This document shows positions 25,201 through 40,200 of a stretch of 64,000 nt of DNA, in pieces (the first letter of the stretch is position 1; every line of letters begins with the position of its first letter). This DNA is from Phoronis australis (Eukaryota > Animalia > Phoronida), in NCBI GenBank assembly GCA_002633005.1, contig NMRA01000093.1, forward strand, positions 142,548 through 206,547, written 5' to 3'. The notes below the pieces were generated by a model. That model had not been told where the DNA came from, did no database searches, and saw only the letters and a program-made list of their open reading frames with translations. A program made the position numbers and the translations under genes.

Positions 25201-28200
25201 ATCTGACTTAAATGTAACCGACTTCTTTTTACTGTCTTTCCCCTCTGAATGCATTCTACTATCATCTCCTGTTTCTTCCTCGCCATCTGATTCAAGATCT
25301 GAATGGCTGTCTTCTTCACCTGATTGGCTGGATTCACTGTTCTCAGCAGCATCTTCACTATCTGATTGGTCAACTGCAGTGCCTTCATCTGCATTCTCTG
25401 CCTTTGATCGGTCATAATCGCCATCTTCTTCTAATTCACTATCACCTACAAGCACAACATCTGTAGAGCAAAAGAGAGGATTCGACATGAGAAAAAAGTT
25501 GTACTGACTGTACAAAAGTCAGGACAACTGGGTCTGTTCTTTCATCAACATCTCAGAGTTGACGGCATTTACATTGAAGACAACTCAGAGGCTTTCACAG
25601 AATGCAAACAAAAGACAAACTTATTGAAGTGGAGCACATTCAAACTGGTGTCAATCTTTGTCTGCAGTATCAAGGTGATTTGGAGTATCTTGTGTTTGGA
25701 CTGGGTACTAGTTCTTGGATATCTTGCACACATTTACCTTTTAAGTTTCTCACACTGATATGGTCAGTTACTGAGATCAGTGATCACAGCCTCAAGTTCA
25801 CAGTACAACTGCCGAGCTAGATGCCACCGGGCACTGTTGGTTAGCATCCCTTTTGAAGTATGATTTTGGTATAATTATCTACAAACTTGGGCGTAATAAT
25901 ACTGACAAATATGCTTTATCTAAACTACCTGAGAGAAATTCAAATTTACAAGAGATGCCACTGGATTCTAGTCAGGCAGTCTGCAGTGGACAGATCCAGT
26001 GTACTCCTGCAATAGAGTGCATGTTTGACAGAGACAGTGGACCACGATGTGCGTTAGCAGTTCAGACTCCAGTTTTGCTATGTAATGACTTTGTCCTTTA
26101 GATGTGCATGACGATAATTGCTGTTGTTTTGATGATCCGATCAATCAGTTATTACAGGTCATGGATATTTAATTGGACATTTGACTTAGTTGCAAGTTAT
26201 GCTGCTTGACTTGTGTATCAAGTGTTTAGAAGTATTCAGAAGTATTCTGCAGGTTAGTTTCTCCGTTTGTAATTGCTAGTCTTGTGAGTGTAGGTTCTGC
26301 AACAGTAATTGTATTGTTGTAATAGCATTGATGTGCAGTGTAATTTGATAAATTTACTATTTTGCTAATCATTAGTTATTTAGTGAAGCATGTTTACACT
26401 TGGGCATTTATTTGTGCATTGAATGTAAATTATGTGTTGCTAGCTCTGTATCAACTTGATGTAAATGTTTGTTGTTAACAGATAAGTTTTTACAGAGCTA
26501 GAGCAGTGATGCTCTCAGTTGCACTGACATGATAAGTTTGATTGTAATTACATTTACTTGACAATTGCATGTGAGCTTTGTTGATGTTGTCTAATTTGTG
26601 TAAAATGGCACTAAAACATGTGGATAAATTGCAAGAGGATGCTGGAAACTCTCTCATTCTGCTTATGGTATGTATGACAAAAGGTTATTTTGATAGTAAA
26701 CACTGCATAGCTCACTTACTGTTGTCATCTCCCATCTTCTTCTTCTCATCACTGGCGGCAACTAATTTTCCATCTTTGTATTGAACCTCGAAGGATTTTT
26801 TCTTGTCTCCATCCAATACAAAACTATAAATTAAAATCAAAATATGATGCGCAAAAACCAGGAATTATTCTTTGAAACTGAACACTGAACACTCATCCAA
26901 AAGCCAAGATCCAGTTTTCTCTGTCTTTCACATAATGCCTTGTATAAATATCAAAAATGATACTCAGCCAATCCCGCAACCTGAGATCTATCCCAATGCC
27001 TAACATGAACAGTAGATTCATTATTGGATTAAAGAATGGGAATTTTTGACGTCTACCCTTGCTCAGTACTCCCAACACTACACAGTTGGTTGCCCTCCTG
27101 TAAGCTGATATGATGACCATTTTCTTGCTGTTAACTCATTGGATTGATGTTGGAAGGTTCATGTGACCAAGACATAAGACAGTCTCTATTAATTGGTCTA
27201 CTAAAACAAGAGACTAGAATATAATCTGTTTTAAGGAACGTAGGTGGAGGAAGCGTTTTTGAAACATTTTACTAAAACTTTACAGAACCACGACAGTTGT
27301 TTCCTAAGGTGTAGATACGAAAATAATAAAAAAATCAGTAATCTGTCAACTCCACCAGTAGTTTATTAGAGATGAAGCTATGAAATGGGTCGCTCTGTCA
27401 TCATCATTGACCTCTTCACAGATTGGTGGGGGCATCTCATTACAAAGGATTATGCGACGTCGGTCACTCAAAGCAGAATGAAAACAGCCAATGAAAACAG
27501 AGAACGTGTGCATACAGTGACACCGGTTGGCAATTGCTGAATATAAGCAGCACGAAATTATAATTCACCAGTGGAATCGTCTACTATTGCTGAATCCAAG
27601 CAGAAATTCCAGATGCATTTTCCTACGAGAATATGATTCGGGTAGGACAATTGGTGTACATTGGAGAAAAAAACTGCTACTATCAATCAACTTGTTGCTA
27701 TTGTGTCAGGATAAGCAGATTTTGAATTTGCAAGAATTAAGCAGAACATATGCAGAAAGAGAACAAATCAGGGTTACCATCATTAACGAGAAACATAAGC
27801 TATTGATGAAAAAGTCTTTAAACAAGAATGATTTGCTGAACCCTATTTCTAGTCCTCAGAGGTCAGACTTAGCAAAACTCAGATTTTGTCCCTAGTAGTG
27901 GAGACTGGGCAGCTTCAAGGAGCTCCAATATGTGGAAGAATTTGTAAACCGTTCAAATGGTCAAGTCGAGGACTTGTTTTAAAATGTGGAAGTTGTTTTC
28001 TGACTTAAGGTCGAAGTTCAACGAAATGTCCCAATCACTCATGTTTGATAATCATAATAATAATTTAAGAATATTTGAAATTTCACCCACAAGCATACAT
28101 ACACGCACGCACGCACGCACAAACGTAGTACATAATTACATTTCCAGCACACAGGTGGCCTGGATGACAGATATACATAGTGTAATAACATGAATGTACC

Positions 28201-31200
28201 AGGGAAGAAATGGTGTGTTGAACCATTCTACATTGATTAAATGAAACCAACGAAAAGCAGCAAAGCGGATAAAACAAAATAACTGTTATTATTATTATTT
28301 ATACTGGTTTCATGATGGAGTCTAAGGGTTAGTAATAACTAGCTTATTCACAGTCACGTTGAATGCCCTACTTTTCGGATAAATCATCAGCAGAAAAATG
28401 GACTCGTTTCTTCGCTATCTGTTCACGTTCTGTTATTCCCTTCATGCGGCGAAGACGATCCTCCTACAAAAGCAGACAGTATTCAACGTGAAATTGAAAA
28501 ACATCTTACAACATAATATTTCCTTACACACAACAAATTGAATTGATAGATCCTCACAGGTATTCATTAATTTCTCAAGATGGCTGCTGCGATGAGATAA
28601 AACAGTCGCGGTAACAATTCAACAAGTAGAAAAATAACACCTTAAATTATGATTATATATTCCAATGTGACAAACTTATTCCTGACATCTTATAACATTT
28701 TATTTTGATCAATAAATACCTCGTAACATTTTATATATCTGCTACAAAACTAGAGGACACCCAATCCAAACTAAACAACTTGATCCTGGGAAAAGGAGAA
28801 GTGTGAATTGTCATCACAACACCATAAAAGTTTGCCTGAGTGTCTGGATGGATTAAACAACACTTAAAATGTAAAATGGAGTCAAACCATCCAGGGGATA
28901 CTTTATGAAACACACACACAACTTCGTCAAGCTGAAAATTGCCAATAAAAGGTGTACAAAACTTCCATGGACCTTTCTTCAACAGTTAGAGAATTTTGAG
29001 ATGTTTTACGCCATCTGTTGTCTACAAAATGTAGTGTACATTCTCTGATTCCATTGGTTGGCTACACTTTGTTTGGCTGACAAGTGTCCCACACTTCAAT
29101 GCAGATATCCCACAATTCCCTCACAACAAAAAGGTCAGTTCATTCACACCTCAAGTTTCTCAAGGCGTTCTTTCTCCTCCATAGCTAGTTCCTCTTCTGT
29201 CTTTAATCGATCTGTTGCTTGACCTCTGGCCTCAAACCTAAGCTGAGTCACTGCCGTGTCGTAGTCGTCTGCTTTGTTGTCTGCTTTGTTGTCTGCTGAA
29301 CTGTTCCTTGTTTTCTAGTTGGTACATGTAATAATTATCATGGTGGAACAATAAGATGTAACTATTGAGAACCCACCTTCAACAAAAATGCATTTATTTC
29401 TTAGAGCTTGCTCCCCAATTACTTACTACCCCACCTAAAATCACATCTGAAACATTTCTTGTCATTTTAATAAATCTTGCTCTTCATAAAACCAATTGAA
29501 TCTGCACAATGCTATATCTATGACAAATAAGCATAAATAATTGTGACTATAGAACATTTAAATTATGTGTAAAATAATCTTGAAGACTTGACAAATAAAA
29601 ATAATGATTCAAATATTTTTGTCACCTTAGACACTAGCATGAGACTTCTGATGTCTTTCAGTTCAGCGTCTAGTTTGTTAGTCAAGTTCAGATTTTCTTC
29701 TTTCTCCATTTGGCGTTCAAACTGAAAGAGAAATGAGCATAAGATGTGAAGAACAATGTTTGTCAATAACTTTGTGTGAGCAGAGTGCCTTCCCTTTCTA
29801 AAATTCAATATCATACAAAGATTAAAGAGACCAATATTCAATACTCCCTTCCTGGGGTCAAGAGAACCTTTGAAGTCAAGTTACACTACTTTGCATTTTG
29901 GATAACCAAGGGCACAGAATGCATAACACATTACTAAAAGATTAACAACAGGAAGCTAATACCAATGATAACACTGGTGTTGAACCTGCAGCTTAACCGC
30001 ACAACATAAACTGTGTTATGGAAAAGTCAGGCAATAATCCAACAACAAATGCTTGTTTAACTCCAAATAAGAAATGTATTTTGTGTAACACAGTAGTCCA
30101 CAGCTGTATTAAAAGTGGTCTACTTTCTTACTTCATGCCACTGGCACAGTGGAAACCTCCATTCTTGAAAGATCTGCAGATTTTCCACGTAAGGAGCCAT
30201 AATATTATTGGTCTTACTGTAAGATGGCAATTGTGCCCTAGTTCCACTACACAGTGTGGAACTTGTAAAATGGTCTACTTTGTTACCACTCCCACCATTA
30301 AACTCAAACCATTTGTGAAAAATAACCAAGCACAAAATATTAGTGAATGGCCATAGATATTAAGTACAACTAAATTGTATCGGTTTAATACAGCATTTGA
30401 TAGCTATTGCATGAAAATATACTAGTCAGATCCACCATTCAACCATGCACATACAATACATGATAAAAATAGGACAACATGACCTAGAATAACCATTTTC
30501 CATTAAACCGTCAACATGGTTAAATACTATGTTGTCGGACAGTGACAACGTACTAGTTAGTTGACAGGAGCTCTACAGCCTTATTTGGATTAAATGCTGA
30601 GGGATATTTCATATTTCAGTTTTTTTATAAATTCTGTGCAAGCACCATACAATCAAATTTACACTGTTATGCAGTGGGATACTCATTGACAAAAGATTCA
30701 AACAAAATTCCAGGGTTTCAAACTGTTCGTGAATCAAAGAAACTGTGTTTCGCCCCGTCAACTTGGTCTATCTCACGCCTCCGAAATAGAATTTGTAAAG
30801 CAAAAGACACTGATCCACTTTCACGCTGCTGAAGAGTTATACTTAGAAGGATTACTATTCCCTGTCATAATAACTAAGCGCAAGCAAAAAAGTCAGTCAA
30901 AAATGCTTGAACGTTGGGGCAAACTGGATTTTAGCCTGCGCAGTAACACACAACAAAACAGACAGTAAATAGCATGCCTGGCTTTATTCTGAAGAAGAGT
31001 TTTACAACCTTCCTTGCAAACTTCACCCAGGCCTATTTTCGTATTCACTATTATTAAAGATGAGTACCCCCCCTCCCCACCCCCCCGGTAACCTTCAGCC
31101 TTTCTCGTATTCAATATATTTTGAAGATGAGTAACTCCTTAATGTATCTCACCCTGGCCTTTCTGGTATTCGCTATCATCTCCTCCATTCGCTCTTTCCA

Positions 31201-34200
31201 CGTCTTTGTGCTGGCTGCATCTTCAGCCTCCTTCTTTGTAAAGAACCCGCCAAAGTGTTCCTCACTCACATGCTTGGCTAGACAAGATCAAAACATGACA
31301 TATAACAGACACACAACATTCCTGCTTTTGTCCGCATTCCAGTAGCCTTATTTCTGGTGCAACTTTCAAATTTTGTGGAAGTTGCGATTAATCACATTTT
31401 GAAGGTAAAACTTTTGAGTGGAGTCGGACAAGTAAAGAATGATAAATTGTGCCCTTCTTAACTAACTGAAGAATTTTTTATCATCTCAGAAGTACAACTC
31501 AATATGCAACAAAATTTTATAGCTATCTATCATGATGAAAGATGAAATAAACTTTGACGTGAAATTATAGCGACAAGCACGGGAGCAGACAAGTGCCATA
31601 TCCATGTGCAACATTGTGGATAATACCACAGAAGCAAGTAGGTGGCTGTTAAAGAACTTTTCAATTTCCTAATTTTCCTGCCTGGACTACTTTTTAAACA
31701 TGACTTGGTCCATTAAGAAGTTAAATTAGTAATTTTTACATCACCTACTTATCCCAGCAGGCTGTGGCTTTAAAGAGAGTGTGTACTGCATTTTGGCTCC
31801 TTCAATCTCAATACACTGTCCTTTGAAAATAATTAGTGCATCCCCTTGTTCCAGTATAAGCCCACCTCTCACCTTTGGGTTATTTTTAGTATATGTCCAC
31901 TCACCAAGGTGTATATGTCCACTCACCAAGGTGTATATGTCCACTCACCAAGGTGTATATGTCCACTCACCAAGGTGTATATGTCCACTCACTAAGGTGT
32001 ATATGTCCACTCACCAAGGTGTATATGTCCACTCACCAAGGTGTATATGTCTACTCACCAAGGTGTATATGTCCACTCACCAAGGTGTATATGTCCACTC
32101 ACCAAGGTGTATATGTCCACTCACCAAGGTGTAAGCCAATCAACTCAGGTAAAAGCCCACCTAATCCGGTATAATCTCTCCTAGTTGAGAATAGCCCCCC
32201 CCAATTTCGCTCAAGAATTAACAAACTTCATCAGATAAAAAGCCCATTTTGACTCTATTAATACCTCCCTAGAGTGCACAACAATTCATCAAATCAACCT
32301 GTCTTCACTTGCGCCCTTCTCGAGCAGCCTAGCAAAACAGACCGCGGACACAGCACACATGATACCAGTCTATGGACACATGCACAAAGGTGCAATACAG
32401 ACCCATGGGCTTATACAGGAATATCTGATATAAGGGCACTCTAGTATAAGCCATCCCATTTGTGGAATCCAGAGTTAATAAACTAGCGGATACAATACTT
32501 TAAAACAAAACCTTGGGTTCAATGTCTCCAAACATTTAAGATGTCATCACAACACTATACTTACCACTAAGCCGGCCAATATCTTCCTCGTCTTCATCAC
32601 TCTCCACTAGGGGAGCTTCAAACTTCTCAATCTGTGACAGACTCTGGCCATAATGAGTTAGTTCTTCATCCTCATTGTTCAGTTTGAACACATCAGCCTT
32701 CTCATGATGCTTCTGTAAAACAGTGATAAGGCATAAGGTGATATCAACATAGTTTGGCCAACCCTTTTGCACACAATCAAAGATATCTGTGGAGCGGCAC
32801 ACATCAAAACTGTGTTTGCCAACATTGGGTTACCATCATGGAAGTATGAATTTGCCACTGTGAATAAAAAGAGCAATGGTAAGTCGTTGACATGTGCCCA
32901 CAGTGCATCGCATATGTTTTGTTTCTAAGTGAAACTGCTGCAGTAGTCGAATCAGACCTAAAATCAAATGGTGTCAGGTTGAGGAACACATGGTCATCAT
33001 ACTCTGTAAAGCTAAATTGAAACCATCGAATGTTCTTCCCCAAAAATAGCAAGTAGAAAGTGCTGCAGAGGTTGAATCCATCCGAAAATCAAATGGTGTC
33101 AGGGTATACCTCTGAGTCAAGGTTTATCGAAATCCATAAGTTGGTTCTCTTGATATCATCCAGAAACACTCCTCCCCCAAACAACACTTGAAAAGCCCCC
33201 TTGATGAGAACTGAATACCGACTAGAGGGTGCTGCAATGGTCAAGTCCACCGAAAATTCAATGATACCCTTACATTGACATCATATACCTCTGTGTCAAC
33301 ATACATTGAAATCCTTCACTCGGTTCTCTACATATCATCTGGAAACACTCTCACACAAAAAGGCCCCTAGGAGGCACTGCGGTTGTCGAATCCACACACA
33401 AATCAGTAAATGCTAGTGCAATCCTCAAACAACACTTGAAAAGCCCATGTCAAAAATGAAACAACAACTAGGAGGGGCTACAGTAGTCAAATCCACCCAA
33501 AAAAAAATGGTGTCACCACATCACCATCACAAACCCTGTGTCAACTTAAATTGCAATCCTTCATTCGGTTCTCTACATATCATAAGGAAACATCCACACA
33601 CAAAATGGCCACTAGAAGGCAAATGGTGCCAGCGCAATCTCATTTTATACCTCTCTGTCAAGTGTCAATAAAATCCACCTATCAGTTCTTTAAATATCAC
33701 CTGGAAACGCTCTTCTCCCAAACAACACGTGAAAAGCCCTCGTCGATAACAAAATGGACCAAAATACTGCCACCCCATTAATACCACACACCTTTATGTC
33801 AAGTTTCACTGAAACCTGTTAATCCGTTGTCTAGATATCATCTGGAAACGTTCTCCTCCAAAAAATACAGAAAAACCACGGATCCCTGATCCCAGGGTGC
33901 AAAACAGATTGAAAGGTGGCATGAACCGTTGTAGTGATGCCCTACGTACATCCTTGTGCCAAGTTTCAACAAAATCTGACCAGCAGTTTTTGAGATATTG
34001 AGTGGACACCTGGACAACAGGACAAAATGACGACAATATGTGTCCACATGCACACGCCCACGCACACACACGTATATGCGGGCACATAAAAAGGATAAAT
34101 TCCAGTGTTCTTTCCCTGGAAAGAACAGAAAGTGTTAAAAGAAATACTGCTCTACAATGATTTTTAAAATTGTGTCAAGTTACAAGGTTTATCCATGGAT

Positions 34201-37200
34201 AATCACTTGTCTTTCAAACAAGATGCTGAGATTTTCTGCACGAACGCATCCATATAACTCAATTTTGAATGGGCTAGCTGATAACTGAAACTTTGCGAAA
34301 TTTTATCTAGTATGTTGTCGACTTGTGTAGCATTTTATCATTACGGACAGGAGCCTTAGTGGAACTGTGGAAAGGTTCACAGAGCTCAGCCCTGAATATC
34401 ACTAAAGAGTTAACCAAATCTTCACACTTGAAGTTAAGGATTTGCACACATTCCGCCACTTTAGATTTACCACAAAATCGGAATTGAGATTCATTCAGTA
34501 GCGACTGAATAACAAGACCTCTTATTCACTGTGCTAGGTGTGTTCGACGAAGAGTAAAACTTTGGTAAATAAAAGGCACAACAAACATGCATTGCAAGGC
34601 TAGTTAAGTAAAATTGTTTCACATTAAAGATCAATCAATTGCGAGGAAGTAATATTTCAACTTGGAAAAACTAAGGCGTTTCATTTAGGGCGAAGAGCGA
34701 CAACTGTTTTAGCAGGATAAAGTCACCCCCGATTACATATAGCTGGTGATAGTGCCAAAGAACTTAGTGAAGACATAAAATCCTGAAATCTATACACGAT
34801 TGGAAATTAATGAACAGATTAACAATTTCTCAATGGAATTTCTGGCAATGGATATTTAATATACAACTTTGCATCAACGCTACGTCAACAGACATTTGCA
34901 AATTAGGGAATAGTTTAGTTTCCTGACTAAACACTTGGTAGCGCACTGACTATCATGTTCCGAGGTGTCGTTATTGTAAACTGGATGCTATGAATACTAA
35001 CTTAATGGATTTTTAAGTCATGTTAGAGGAGAAATATGGAGAGCAGTGTAAATTTGTGTTCCATCAGCGTAGGATGAAATCAGCATGCGACACTTCAATC
35101 ACCGATAAAACATGGCGCTGGAGTGCTTGATCTTTCCATTAATCATATTATTAAGGATGACACACAGAATTTGCGCAATCTAAATAGGACTTGAAATTCT
35201 TGATGCTAAGATATACTAACTTTCTTCAGTCTATACACAATAATTTGCCACAATTTTAGCTTTTCTATTCGAGATGAAAGACGAACACTTTAGGCAGGTG
35301 AATGTTGAGGCTCTTCGCCACTGCACACTTTTTATATCAAAGAAGTTGTCATCTTACAACAGAAAATTCAACGCTTCGTCTACTCGAGTTTCTCAAAAAA
35401 CAACTCTCAGAATAACTGCCCTATTTTACCAGACACCAGCATGGAAGTCATTCCAAACCTTCTGGTGAATTAATACTGTACAGAAGCACTTTCAAAAGAG
35501 GGGGAAGAAAATGTTTAACAGCCCACTGCTAGTGAAAATAATTGCGATAGCAATGTGAACCGAAAGTAAATAAAAGCGCTCTGAAATCGATTAAAAATTT
35601 AAAGGTGAGATCCATTATGAAGCAAAACATCAACATCCACGACCCCTAGTGCCTATTACACCAAAATACACCTTCTAAAAGATAAACCAATAACAGTGCA
35701 TTAAGTCAGTAAACGAAAGTCATCAAATGGTAAAAAATTTCAAATAACTATAGAATGCTAAGTTGAAGAGAGAAAACAATAACACAGTACAGAGAGCCCT
35801 TGGTAGATCTATTTACAAACCAAATTTGTGAAAGTTCAGTCAAAGGCTTGTGAAGCTAGAGCTCAGAAAACATCATCAAAAAATGGCCGCCACGACAGTG
35901 CTTAATCTTTCGTCCAATTTCACTGACAAACCAGAATCCTCAAGCTTTTGACTAGATGAAAATGATTTGTAAAATTAATGTTGATTGGACAAAACTTGTG
36001 ATCTCTAGCATCAATACGATAGGCAACAAAAGAGCAGCTGGAATAAAGGCAACAAAGGAACAGTCATCTTCACCAGTAAACCTAGAATATCTCAAGAATA
36101 TTAAAGTCATAGTTAGAAAGGGATTGCACTTGGAGAGATTTATCCATTTGTCACAGACTGTGTTAATTTATTTGGACATCATTTTGGTTTAGTGAAAGTG
36201 TTACATAACTTTCTGTTGTTTAGTACCACTTTCTGAGAAAGGGGATTAGTAATGCTTCCTATTCTTAGAAATGTTTGTGAACATGGTACATCCAAATGAA
36301 TATTTTTACATCTAATTTGATTGGTTAATTCATGTCTATCTCATCTCCATAATTTTTTCATTTGTACCACAAGAAGTTGTTGTTTTTCCACATTGAGAGT
36401 TGTTCTCCTCACATGTAACGTTGCAGTCTTCAATATACAAGTCAAGATTCATCTCTTGTTTTTTCTGATGAACCACCTCTCCGTACATTGCCGAGCCGCA
36501 TTTTACCGGAGCCCTACACCATTAACTGATTTTCAGAAAGATCCGTCAAGGGATGCCGGAGATAGAGAGATACTGCATGAAAATCCTGTCAATTATTGAG
36601 CAGTCACCGGAAGATTATCAATAACTGAAGAATGGTAAGTCCTATGCAAAAACAAATCACACACATTCTATAGAGCTCGAAATGATTTATCCACAAAAAA
36701 CAAATCAGAAAAATCTCACCAGACAATGCTGAGTTATAACTTCGCAAACCAAAAAATGCAAAATGACCCCGCCCCCACTTACATCTCACAACAGATTTCA
36801 ACCAAAGACAACAGGTTTGTAGCTATTCACAATACATGTGTTTTGTGTAAATTATACCGATCGGATAAGAAATGCGACTTGCAGAGTGGGAACAAAAAAA
36901 AAAACAAAAAAAACAAAAAACAAACAGATCTGATGACAAAAAACAGAACACCTGAAGAAATTTCATTTCACTAATTTCACTATGTAATAAGTCTGTGGAC
37001 TAAGTGTGGAAATCTTTAGCACAGAATTTATAGTGCCAGTGGAAGTCTTTGGCACAGGATTAGTGCCAGTGGAAGTCCTTGGCATATGAAGTCTTATGAA
37101 GAGTGAAGTAGTCTTAATTACATATCCCAACACATATGGCATTATGGCAGATATGAAATCTGATCTACTATTTCTCACCAGGGAAGCTGGAGATAACATA

Positions 37201-40200
37201 GGATTTTGAACACAGAATCCCGCAAATTACAGGGTGTGCCAGTCACATGACTTGTAGACTTGACAGCAGAATAAAATATCTGCTTTGGAGACAGCAAGAC
37301 AAACTAGAATCAACTTGTAATATGATGGACCATCACTAACACTGATACTGTGCCAGAGCCCTCGATGCCTCACTTTTGAGCCATACAACGAATTCATTTT
37401 ACAAAGAACAAAAAATAAAAATCACACGAAATGCCCTTCAGCAGGCAAAAAGTTCTCTTTGCATGATCAAAAAAATGCCCTAAAGATAAAAATCAGTTTC
37501 AAGTCATGCAGATACTTGACATCAGGGATTTAAGTCCACACTAATAGTGCCTACACTTAATTGACATCCTTGGTTCCGCCGGATCAACTAGCTAAGCATC
37601 TAACAGGTTCTATATGACTTCCGGCTTACAGACCAATCAGATGTCATAGCTGGTTGACCAGGCGGAGACAGTGAAGTCAATCAAGTGCAACCTTGATGTG
37701 GAGAACAGGATACTGATTAGTTTATTACACAAGCAGGGGGTGATTACTTAGTAGTGAGAAAAGGAAGTCGTTCACTGGAGTTCTTGGCTTGGACAATGTG
37801 TACCATTGAAAAAATAATAGAATTTCCCTATCACCAGCCATAACCAGAGGTGAGTCAGAGAGTCCTGTGGGCCTGTAAAGACACAGGCTCTAGCAAAGTC
37901 TTCGAGGTCATGGAAATGACATGAAGACAAAAAAATCCAAAATATGGCATGTGCTGATTTAATCAAAAATCAAAAGGGTTTGGCTGCCTGTGACGTATAC
38001 CGTATTCGCCCTAACAACCATCCAGGGAACTTAGAAAAATTCTTTTCAGGGGGTCGCTTATTGTAACCCAAGGCAGTAGAAACCCGGTCTCCGAAACGGG
38101 TGAAATCGGAAGCTAAGATTCATCATATTTACGCTTTGTGACATATCTGTAATCTATGAAAAGACTTTCTAAAAAAATATGGCGCATTGCTGACAAACTT
38201 TGCTGTAAAATTCCGATCATTTTACAGAGAATTGTGCATTACGTAAATCCCAGGACAAAATCTCGCCAACTGACTGCCTCGCAATCGTTGCTATGGCAAC
38301 TTGAATGCTTGAATAAAAATACTGTTTCAACTCAAGCAAATTACCGATAGCGTCTCTAAAATTTTTAAGTTCCCGTAGAGTCGGGATTAACGGCAGGTTA
38401 AGTCCAAATCTGTGCTAGATCGTGCCGTCCATGATTGTAGGCCTATCTTGAAAAACGAGAAAAAAGCTCTGCACATGTTGTTGTCACATGACGTTTGTTT
38501 TGAAGTTCGTTTGTGTGTGAGTAAGCGAGCGTGTGCATGTTACCAGAGTTCATTTGCCAGAGTAAACACAATCTAACAAGCTACATGTGCATTACACATG
38601 TCAATCAGAAAGCAGAACGTGTTTTATTCAGCACTTGCTCGTCTCATCTGCAAAAAACGTTCGACAATTGTCTCGGTAAGGCCCATATTAGTCGCTGTGT
38701 GGCTGGATGCGTTGGTGACTGCCTCAGTTATTTTTTGGTGTAAGGGTGTGTAAGCATTCACTGTCAGTAGTCATTTTATTGGATATTTGGCTTTAAAAAT
38801 ACAATGATGATTAATCAAACAATCCCTCTTAAAACTAAGGCAAAATTTTTTTATGGTATTAGAAACTGCCAATATTCATTTCTTGCCGATGCTATACTAC
38901 CAGTTTCATGAATGGAAGTTCCCGACTAATGTCTTTGATGACAAGTTCATATATGTAGCGCGTTTCCTAGCCACGGTCCATTTTTTTTATTAGTCTTCGA
39001 TTCACAGTTTCCACGTGTATGAAGAAATTTGGATTCCTGTTGAGGGCAGGAAATATCTACAATACAATCCCAATGACAAGTACGCTGCATCTATTCTTAA
39101 AGGCCAGACCATAGTACGGCACATTCCTTGCAAGATCATCCAAACTTGTGTTCTTTTGGAGGCATGACAGAAGTTTGATGTGTATAGTCACGGCTAAATA
39201 CCGACATAGCGGCAAGCTCATGGTCTACAAATTCCGCACACAAAGATTTTTTTCAGGTCTGTCGGATATTATTGATAAATGGAAGATGTTAACTGTAGAA
39301 TTTTAGGTCTGTAGGTAAGGCATTTTTCACAAATACACATTCATGGACTGGGTGATTATTTTAGCAAAGTCTGAAAACACGTGGGGGGCACTCATAGGGG
39401 CATGGACGATTATTAGGGTGAATACGGTAATCACTTTTATATTCAGAATGAATGGAGAAGAATGATAACTCATGTTTTCAGTTATGCCATGGAAATGATC
39501 ACGGAGATAAAAAATGCATTCAAACACCGCTGACCCCTCAAAAATTCTCATAAAAATGCCAAGGTATCAAAGTTGTGGGTGACAGGATATGCAAACAAAT
39601 ACACTTTTACTGGCTGATATTTCACAACAGGACTGGGACTGACCACAATATACAATACACGTACACATCACAAGTGTTCTCAAGACTGCGGCCATTTTAT
39701 CATGGCCAGAACAGTGTAATTCCTAAATTTGCCCATGACTTATGGCAATCCATGCAACTGATCGACTGGTTTGACAGGAGTCAACCAAAGCAAAATATTT
39801 AAAGCAACCAGTCAAATTGTACGTTGGAAGCAACAGCCTCCGATTCCAATTGGTTTAGTTCAAGTTAGAAAACGGCTCAGCAATCTAGTTTATAAATTAT
39901 GCCAGTAACTATGAAACCAGATATCAAAGCTGACCAGTGAGAAATGATTGCAAACCATCACTTCCAGTCTAGTAAAACTGCAAGAGAGATTATGAAGACC
40001 ACTTGATTGGTTGGCATGTATAAGTCTGCTGATGGTTTCTGGACCAGGGGTTTATTAGTGGGATTCAATTACAGAGCTCAGATGAGGTTATTGTATCTTC
40101 AACCAAATGCACAGCAAGTTTAAAGTCTGAGTACAGCAGAGGAGTGATTGGTAAGGCTGAAGATGATCAAACTGTGATCAGTCCATAAGAACCAGGCAGG

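Noticed and set aside
27330-27410. Intronic C/D box snoRNA on the - strand (ATGATGA...CTGA)
   Set aside because: No convincing terminal stem and no rRNA-antisense guide that I could recognise; a snoscan/Infernal search would be needed.
27231-27915. Second Kolobok-like element starting TTAAGGAACGTAGG
   Set aside because: Could not find a matching right TIR with a TTAA duplication.
31889-32130. 22-bp repeats as a CRISPR array
   Set aside because: Head-to-tail copies with no unique spacers, in a eukaryotic intron, no cas genes.
31780-32500. Degenerate mariner-type MITE around the 22-bp minisatellite (TATAAGCCC / GGGCTTATA motifs)
   Set aside because: Termini and TSD too decayed to define.
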